Assembly (NCBI RefSeq): GCF_009914755.1
Contig: NC_060925.1
Source of the DNA: the human T2T-CHM13v2.0 reference genome, Homo sapiens
Length of the DNA: 64,000 nt
Strand: one strand, 5' to 3'
Below are positions 55,312-64,000 of the stretch, piece by piece. The position numbers were made by a program, and so were the translations under genes. Position 1 is the stretch's first letter. Each line of letters begins with the position of its first letter. A model generated the notes under the pieces. That model was not told where the DNA came from, did no database searches, and was given only the letters and a program-made list of their open reading frames with translations.

Positions 55312-56310
55312 TGTTGTGGGAAGTCAGGGACCCCGAAAGAAGGGACCAGCTGAAGCTATGGCAGAAGAATATAAATTGTGAAGATTTCATGGACATTTAT
55401 CACTTCCCCAATCAATACTCTTATAATTTCCTATGCTTGACTTTACTTTAATCTCTTAACCCAATTGTCTTCATAAACTGAGGATGTATGTTGCCTCAGG
55501 ACCCTGTGATGATTGCGTTAACTGTGTAAATTGTTCGTAAAGCATGTGTGTTTGAACGATATGAAATCTGGGCACCCTGAAAAAGAACAGGATAACAGCA
55601 ATGTTCAGGGAACAAGGGAGATAACCATTAGGTCTGACTGCCTGGGACCCGGGCAGGACAGTCATATTTCTCTTATTGCCGAAAATGGGTAAGAGAAATA
55701 TCACTGAATTATTTCCCCAGTAAGGAATATTAATAATTAACAGCCCTGGGGAAAGAATGGATTCCCCGGGGAGGCCTCTAAAATGGCCGCTCTGGGAGTG
55801 TCTGCTTTATGCCGTTGTAGGTAGGGATGAAACATGCCCTGGTCTCCTGCAGCACCCCCAGGCTTGCTAGGATTAGGAAATTCCAGCCTGGTGAATTCTA
55901 GACAGACTGGTACTCTGCTCTTGAACCCTGTTTCCTGTTAAGATGTTTATCGATGACAATGCTTGCACAGTGGGACTTGAAACTTCATCAGAAATTGTAG
56001 TTTTGCCCTGGCCTTGTGACCTTGTCCTGCCCATTTGCCTTGTGATATTTTATTGCCTTTGAAGCATGTGATCTCTGTGACCCACACTGTGTTCGTACAC
56101 TCCCTCCCCTTTGAAAATTGCTAATAAAAACTTGCTGGTTTTGTGGCTCAGGGGGCATCACGGAACCTGCCGATGTGATGTCTCCCCTGGACACCCAGCT
56201 TTAAAATTTCTCTCTTTTGTGCTCTTTCCCTTTATTTCTCAGACTGGCCGACACTTAGGGAAAATAGAAAAGAACCTATGTTGAAATATTGGGGTCTGGT
56301 TCCCCTGATA
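55312..56310 (+). mobile_element. MER11 (MER11B/C-like; HERV-K11/HML-8) solo LTR in RGS18 intron 3
   Basis: tgttgtgggaagtcagggacccc...ggttcccctgata, 999 bp. 6-bp TSD CCTTCT at 55306-55311 and 56311-56316. AATAAA at 56123-56128. Confidence 0.93.
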
Positions 56311-58045
56311 CCTTCTGCAAAATATTTCTGTAAATCTAAATCTATTGAAGAATAAAATACTTTAGAAAATGATCTCAGTAATGTTACATAGTAAATTTTA
56401 ACACAATGAAGTCCATCAATAATTTAAATTCTGTTTCTTATTTCGTTCAATGGAGTTATTAGTCTATTTTTTCTGCTATTTCTATTTATTGTCAAATTTG
56501 TCTGAAGTTTCAAAATGAATAATAAAAATTTGTAGTTTAATACTACATGTATATAAACCAGTAATTTCTAAGGGCTATTTAAATTTAAAAAGTAGTAATA
56601 AATCAAAAATGAAATATCAAACTATATCTGTCATTCATAATCATAAATTTTTAATTTAGTTTTATCAGTCTTCTCACTGGCTTTATAAAAGTTAATTTTA
56701 TCAGTTTGAACTTATAAAATCAGTTGATGCCAATAAAATATAGAGATATATTATACACACATATGTGTTTTTATTTGTATACATATATGTGTATGGCTCT
56801 GTGTAGGCACGTTTGAAAGGAAAATGATACTGCTGCATAACACATAACTTCTAAAATAACTTGCTAAACAGTTTTTTAAAATATTATATAGAACTTGCAG
56901 TATATCATTAGAAGATCACTATAAGAGATTAAATAGATGTATGCAATAATTCAACAGGCAAAAGAAAAGGTAATTCTTGAGATAAAGGCAAGGAAACAGA
57001 GTACTAAGAGATTTTGACATGATCTGGAAAAGCAGTAAGTTTACTCTGAGGCAAAGAATAATAAACACATTATATAATTAAGTTGGGAACAAACTTTGGA
57101 AGCCTTTGTGTGTTAAAAAGATAACTCTGATGGTTAGAAAGGTAAAATTCCATGCATGTAATATAGACTACCTACAAAGTTGTTATATAAAAGCTAAATT
57201 CAAAGTAAGGACCCGCTTAGAAAAAAAAAATGGATAAACTTAGTGACTTAATCAATGTGTATGTATGTTATTGAGTGAGAAGATGAAGGAATAGGAAACA
57301 AAAAAGAAGGATGAGCCAAAGATTTCTAGATTTCATTTTTATTATAATAGGAAGATAATGATATCTGTAATAGATGCGAAATAGAGGAGGATGAACAAGA
57401 CTTGTAAAAAGAGAACAGAGTAGAGTTTGAACATTTTTTGTCCATGGTAAACCTTATCAAAAGTTTTGCAGGGTTTTGTAAGTGCACACCTAAAATATGG
57501 AAGGCTGACTTATAGAAAGAGATTTTCTAACCAGCTCACATTGTTGATAATTGCTTATCTGAATGAAAATGTTATATCTCATGAGGGGAATTTCTATCAA
57601 TTAGACAATCTTTCCACTACTACGTAACTGTTCCTTTTCCGTGTGTACCCTTTTATCCAGTCATTGCTAAAAACTACAATAGTCTTAACCTTTGTATTAA
57701 TACCTATTTACTTGAACTTTTTACACTCTGAATTGTGGTTCTAAGTAACTTCTGAAAACAATTTGTAACATGTAGGATGGAAGTAGAATATGTAAGTCAT
57801 TGCACCTCCTGGATTTAAAAATAGAAACTGACTATACTTTGGAAAATACTTATTACTAAGTTTGAGTAAAGACTACAAGGAAATGCATACTTCACTTTTG
57901 GGGGAGGAAATGAGTACTTTTTCTTATACTTTTCACCTTGTGGCTTTTCAAGTTACAGTTCCTAATTTTTGGTTACCAATTTTCTGCAAGATAAAGAATT
58001 TCAGCGCTCTAAAAATTTAAATTTCCAACTCAAGCTAACCCATAA

Positions 58046-58355
<310 letters not shown>

Positions 58356-59444
58356 AACAAGCACTCAATTTCTTAATTTATCTAAAGATTAAAAATAAAT
58401 AAAACCCAGTCCTAATTATAACTCATCACATAAATCATTTATTATGGCAAAAGAAACCACATTCTATGGCAAATCAGAGCTACAAAGCCAAATGTTACAG
58501 AAGAAACAATGCAACTTATTACTTCGGATATTATATGGTACTTGGGTTTCCAACTTCAGATTTTCTTGACTTTTTGTTTCATTTGGTTTCTTGGCATCAG
58601 AAAAATACTCCAACAGATGCCAGAGTTTCAATTTAGAAACATGCAATTACATGCATTTCATATTTGTATGACACATTGAGCCAGCTTCTTCCAGTGTGAA
58701 TTCTAATCCCAGGTTCTATCAAGCACTTTTGGCAGCTGCATTCACCACTGCTGCCTTCTAAAGGACTGTTTAGTAAGTTACTGCCTCTGTATGAGAAATG
58801 GTTCCATTGTGAACTGACTTAATGCAGCTGCCCAAAGTGAGTAAGAGAAACAGGAAGTAACTAATGTGCTGGGATAATCTTGTAGAGCATTGCACATTAC
58901 TTTAAAAAAGTTATTTACTTAAAATTTTAATTAATAAACTTCTTTCTCATTCATCCTTTATTCATTTCTTGAATTAGTATTTTTGCTTTACTATTATATT
59001 CATATTATGCCAACAAAATCCATTCACTTTAGTTAATGCATCATGAGCACTCAGAACATACATAGCACTTTTCTTGATATTAGTACGCTGACTTCACTTT
59101 GAATGTCTGTATCAAGCACAAGACTAACCATAGTAACAAAGGGCTTTTGCATAATATTTCAGAGCGCAGCAGATGGCACAGAGTCGACACTCATGCTTGT
59201 GAATTAGTGAAGGACTCTATTTGAAATAATGTTTATGTTATTTTCTGGAAGACTTCTATTTGAATTTTATGCAAGTTGATTTTCCTCTGCTACTTTGAAC
59301 AGAATAAGTCACTCTTTTAATTGTGCTTCCTCAGTCCTTGGTTCATACATGCCTGTCCTGCCCATTAATCTCCATATTCCTCAACAGTAAGGACTTTCTT
59401 TTCTTTACGGCAGTTTAGTTGTAAAGGTCCTGTAATTTTAAATA

Positions 59445-59645
59445 AGATGAACCTGGGTTCAAGCACTTACACTATCTTTTACTGTCTGTAAGATTTAATG
59501 CAAGTTAACTCTTTGAACGTCAACTTCTTCATCTATAAACATGAGTATAACAAGACTTACTCCGTAGGGCTGATGTGAAAATTAAATGGAATTGTGCCAA
59601 TAAAAGGCATACAGCAATGTGCTAAGACCTTAACGAACACTCAAA
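59445..59645 (+). mobile_element. MIR
   Basis: acctgggttcaag...gcaagttaactctttgaac.tcaacttcttcatctataa...gtgaaaattaaatg. Confidence 0.65.
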
Positions 59646-60844
59646 ACTCCTAACCTGTAAATACTGCTTAAATACATAACACAGTTCTCAGGTTCAGACT
59701 AAGTTATTTTTAAAATCAGTAATTATAGGTTAAAAAGTTATTTTAATAAATAACAATTTCAGCTATCTGGCTTCTGGGCATTTTCTTTTAGCTGACAGTA
59801 CAAAAAATTTATTATAATTCTGATTGGTTATAGAAGTAATGGTCATATTCTTCTGAAATCATGAAAATTATTTAATAACTCACTTTAGGAATAATTTGAT
59901 ATTTAAAAACTGATCAATCCACGCTTATGCATAACATGTGGCTAGAGTGCAGTAGATTAAAATCGAAAACGTTTATGCTTTCACTGGGTCAGTGCTACTT
60001 TATTTATAAGCCAAATAAAACATACTTTCTTTCCTCTTTGGAAATATGACCTTGAAACAGGTTGTTCTTTCCTTGTAATGTAACTGGCATTTTATTTTGC
60101 CAACTTTGCTTTAATTTCTATTTAAATAGTAACTGAGGAACAAGGAAGGACAAGATAAAATGCCTCTTTTTGTGAAATGGGGAAAGGCAGGACCTATATC
60201 ATAGACAAACAGATCAATAACACCCAATGGTATGCTTTTTAATATCAGCAGAAGGCACATTTCCATATGACTACTTTTTGTTTTCTTTTTAATTAGGATT
60301 ACCTGAAAATCTTCTCACAATTATTTTGTTGTCCTGCTTCCAGTTTTTTCTTAATATCTAGCCAAGAAATTCTCTTCAGAAATCCACTTTATAGCAACTA
60401 TTAAGCAAAGCATACTAAGATACTGACCCTGCAATAAGAAATAAGACATTTTAGAATTCTATTAAAAAATTAGAAAGAATCTATCAGCTCTGAAGATAGT
60501 TATCAGAGATAAATTAAGGACTGCTTTTTAGAGTTAAGTCTAGTAAAAAAATGGATATTAACTTAGAAAAAGGACAAATACTTTAGCAATTTGAAAGATT
60601 AAGTAAGTATAGGTGGTAAATAGCTGGTTTCCATTATCTTAAATATTTATTAAGGGGAAAGTTCTCAAGAATAATTTGTTTTAAGTAGTTCTGGGCAGAG
60701 GCTACGGCTAACTGCCGAAAGTTTAGTTCAGGCCAGTTGGTGCATAGATTATTGTTTTTTTGTGGTGGTTTTCTTTTACAGACCTAAACATTGCCCCACA
60801 TTTCAAATTATATTTCAATTACAATGTAGGGTTTGAAAGGCATG

Positions 60845-61230
60845 TGATACGGTTTGGTTGTGTGACCTATCCAAATGTCATGCTGAAATGTGACCTCTGA
60901 AGCTGAAAGTGAGCCTAGTGGGAGACATTTGGGTCACGGAGTGAATCCCTCATGAATGGCTTTGTACTGTCTTCGCAGTAATAAGCGAGTTATCATTCTT
61001 TTAGTTAACATGCAAGCTGAATGTTTACAAAAGCCAGAGACCTGCCTTTTTTCTCACTGCCTCTTATCTTGTGATACACTGGCTTCCCCTTTGCCTTCCT
61101 CCGTGAGTAAAACTTCCTGAGGCCTCATCAGAAGCAGAGCTGATGAGCCATGAGCTAAATAAATCTATGTTCTTTATAAATTACTCAGGCTCAGGTATTC
61201 CTTTATAGCAATGCAAAATGAACTAACATA
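60845..61230 (+). mobile_element. MST (MSTB-like) solo LTR
   Basis: tgatacggtttgg...ctcaggtattcctttatagcaatgcaaaatgaactaacata. 5-bp TSD GCATG. AATAAA at 61158-61163. Confidence 0.88.
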
Positions 61231-62483
61231 GCATGTCAGCATGTTTTGTCTTAGTCTCCTTATTTTATTCCAAGATCATTACAGAAGACAGAGGGGGCAA
61301 AATTAGAAAAAAAAAAAAGACAAGTAAAACCATAGACTAAGTAATAAAACCATCCCTCCAGTTACATAATGGAAAAGAAATAAATTATCAAGCTGCTGTC
61401 AATCAGCAGCCAAACAATACTTATTCAGCTTATTTCCTAAAGTCATCATAAGGCTCCAGGTTTACTTGAAGTCTTGAGAGGATATTGCAATTTAGCTTTC
61501 AAAAATTAAGGGAATATAGTCTTGGACAATTCATGACACAAACTGCTTTTATACAAGTCCAAGTTCTCAAATGCAGGTGGTGAAAGGCATTGTGGGAAAG
61601 AAAATCAAATAGGAACGTTCTAAGGAACAATAATCCCTATGGGTGCTTATGTGCTTAATATGCCACAGTACAACCAGCACATCTGATGCCCTGTTGTTCA
61701 CTTTGGCAATTATTTTGTAGCTAGACCATTAGCTTTACTCTGAAAACCTATATATTTGTAGGTATTTGGAGGAAATGTACAATGTATCAAAATGCCTCAA
61801 AGAACCATTGTTCATTTATATTTCCCTTTTACAGTCTGAGAAAAGCATATGCTCAGTGTGAGAAATCAATCTTGAAAAGAATACACTAACTGAGCTAGAG
61901 AAAGAAGAGCGACTTGATCACTCTTGCTTCTCAGTGGTCAGAGTTTGCCGACTCATTCAAGAATCACTTAGCAGTAAGGCCTTCATCAGACAGTTGTGTT
62001 TGACTAGAAATTATCTTACTAGCATTTCAGGACTGCAGACAAGTTCTGTAAGTTGCTTGTCAGTTTTACAATGCCTTGTCAAATTCTTTTTGAGCCCAAC
62101 CTTCCCTTGTCTCTCTAGTTAATTAACTAATATGTAACTGCTAACATCCGTTGCTCATGGTAAATTTACTGAGGAAAAGAAATGGCAGGATCTCCCTTTG
62201 TCCAGGTGAAAACATCCCAATGAAGAGGCCGTGGTGCAGAAGAGACCTATGTCATCCTTTTCTTGTGGTAGTGGCTGAAATCATTCCATACTATAAAGCT
62301 TAGGAATTTCTATAGGTTGTCATATCTTTGTCTAACTACTGATTTCCTAAACAGTAAGTTCCTGGAACTCTAATACATTAAAAAGATTGCTTACAACATT
62401 AAAAAATGACACTTCATGACAAAGAGGATAAGGTCTATATAAAGGAGGAATAAATGGTGATACAAAAAGAATAATTTGAGGAT

Positions 62484-63470
62484 TGTATTGGTTTCCTGTT
62501 GCTGCTATATCAACTTACCACAACTACGGTGATTAAAACAACACAATTTTATTATCTTAAAGTTGTGTTAGAAGTCCAGTATGGGTTTGATCAAAATAAA
62601 TCAAGATGTCAGCAGGCTATTCTTTTTTTGGAGGGTTTAAGGAAGAATCACGTTTCTGCTCATTTGGATTGCTGGCAGAATTAAGCTGTTTGCAGTTATA
62701 GACCAACTACTTCCTTCCCTTGCTGGCTGCAAACTGAGGTTCATTCCCACTGCTACGGTTTGGATGTAGTTTGTTTCTCCCCTCACCCCAAATCTCAGGT
62801 TGAAATCTGATCCTCAATGTGGTGATGTTGGGAGGGGGCACCTAGGGGATTTGTTTCTATCATGGGAGAAGTTCCCCCAGGATTGGCTTGGTGCAGTTTT
62901 CAGCAATAGTGAGTTTTCACTCTTGAAAGACTGGATTAGTTCTCAGGGGAATGGATTCGTTCCCTCGAGAGTAGGTTCTTATGAAGCCAGGCTGCCCCTC
63001 GGGTTTGATCCCTCTCTGCACATGCCCACTTCTTTGGTCTTCACCATATTTTGACCCAGCACAAAACCCTCACCAGAAGCCAAGCATATGCCAGCAGGCT
63101 TCTTATACCACCGGCAGAACTGTGAGTAAAATAAACCTTTTTCTGTATAAACTACCCAGCCTCAGGTATTCCTTTATAGCAACACAAAACGGACTAAGAC
63201 ACCCACCTTCCAGAATACACTACATTTCCTGGGTCATGACCATCTACTTCATACTCAAAGCCAGCAGCAGAGTCAGGTCCTTCTTAGGTCACATCTCTCT
63301 GATCTACTCTTCTGCCTCTTCTACTTTTAAGGACTCGCGTGATTAGATTGGCTCTACCTGGATAATCTCCCCCATCTCAACGTCCTGAACTATATTTAGT
63401 TCCTTTTTTCCCACAGTTCCTGGAGATTAGGGCATGAACACCTTTGGAGGGTTATTTCTCTGCCTACCAA
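62484..63470 (-). mobile_element. MLT1E-like LTR interrupted by an MST LTR
   Basis: tgtattggtttcctgttgctgct...ttaaaacaacacaattttattatctta...ttaaggactcgcgtgattagattgg...ctgcctacca. Confidence 0.75.
62751..63201 (+). mobile_element. MST (MSTB1-like) solo LTR
   Basis: tgctacggtttggatg...ggactaagaca. 5-bp TSD CCCAC. AATAAA at 63130-63135. Confidence 0.88.
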
Positions 63471-63501
63471 AGGAAACAATGCCTTCCTGAGAAAAATATG
63501 C

Positions 63502-63532
<31 letters not shown>

Positions 63533-63556
63533 TATATATATATACACATATGTATA
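63502..63556. repeat. (TA)n microsatellite
   Basis: Read directly. Confidence 0.9.
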
Positions 63557-63559
63557 AAA

Positions 63560-63680
63560 TCTGGGGCAATTGAACTTATCTGAATCTCAGTTTTCTCATC
63601 TAAGAAAATGAATATAAGACATATTCCATGTATCTGTTATAAAAATTAAATGAGGTAATGTATATAAGTAACACTTAACC
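63560..63680 (+). mobile_element. MIR core
   Basis: tctgaatctcagttttctcatctaagaaaatg...aaaattaaatgaggtaatgtat. Confidence 0.65.
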
Positions 63681-64000
63681 TTCAAAACCTCTAAACATGT
63701 TATAAATGCAAAACCTCTTAGTTATTACCATACTTCTACCAATAGAAATTTATTATTCTTGTTTCATTTTATATGGAACTTTTTATATTAGTAATAGTCA
63801 CTAACCATGAGGAATAGTTCTAGACAGCTGTAAACATTTAAAAAAATGTGGTAATCTAAGTTAAAATGAGTTGAACAGACAAAGCTACAACATTTATTTC
63901 AACTTTTTTCAGCCATAATGCCAGAATATTTGCACCTTCTTTATAAATAGCTGGATTTTAAAACATATACTTTGTGTAGAATCTTTGCTTCTATAATCAT

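Noticed and set aside
62800-63346. 84-aa and 121-aa ORFs
   Set aside because: They lie within the nested MST and MLT1 LTRs.

Overview
Primate (very likely human) genomic DNA, AT-rich and repeat-dense. The only protein-coding gene I can support is the 5' part of RGS18 (regulator of G-protein signalling 18, platelet/megakaryocyte-enriched) on the + strand. Coding exons 1-3 (49274-49392, 49856-49957, 51014-51075) splice in frame through GT-AG junctions to METTLLFFSQINMCESKEKTFFKLIHGSGKEETSKEAKIRAKEKRNRLSLLVQKPEFHEDTRSSRSGHLAKETRVSPEEAVKWGESFDKLLSHR. Intron 3 runs past the end of the window. The gene is absent from the ORF track because its exons are short. The ~49 kb upstream is intergenic and holds Alus, L1/L2/MIR fragments, MaLR/ERV LTRs and DNA transposons, many with readable target-site duplications (TSDs). 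Almost all listed ORFs are repeat-derived or chance. I find no evidence for a new multi-gene system. The best leads are regulatory: a uATG-dense RGS18 leader bracketed by possible cryptic splice sites, three sense-oriented LTRs with AATAAA in intron 3, a compact haematopoietic promoter, and a switch in Alu orientation near the promoter. Repeat family and subfamily names come from recognition by eye and need RepeatMasker/Dfam confirmation.
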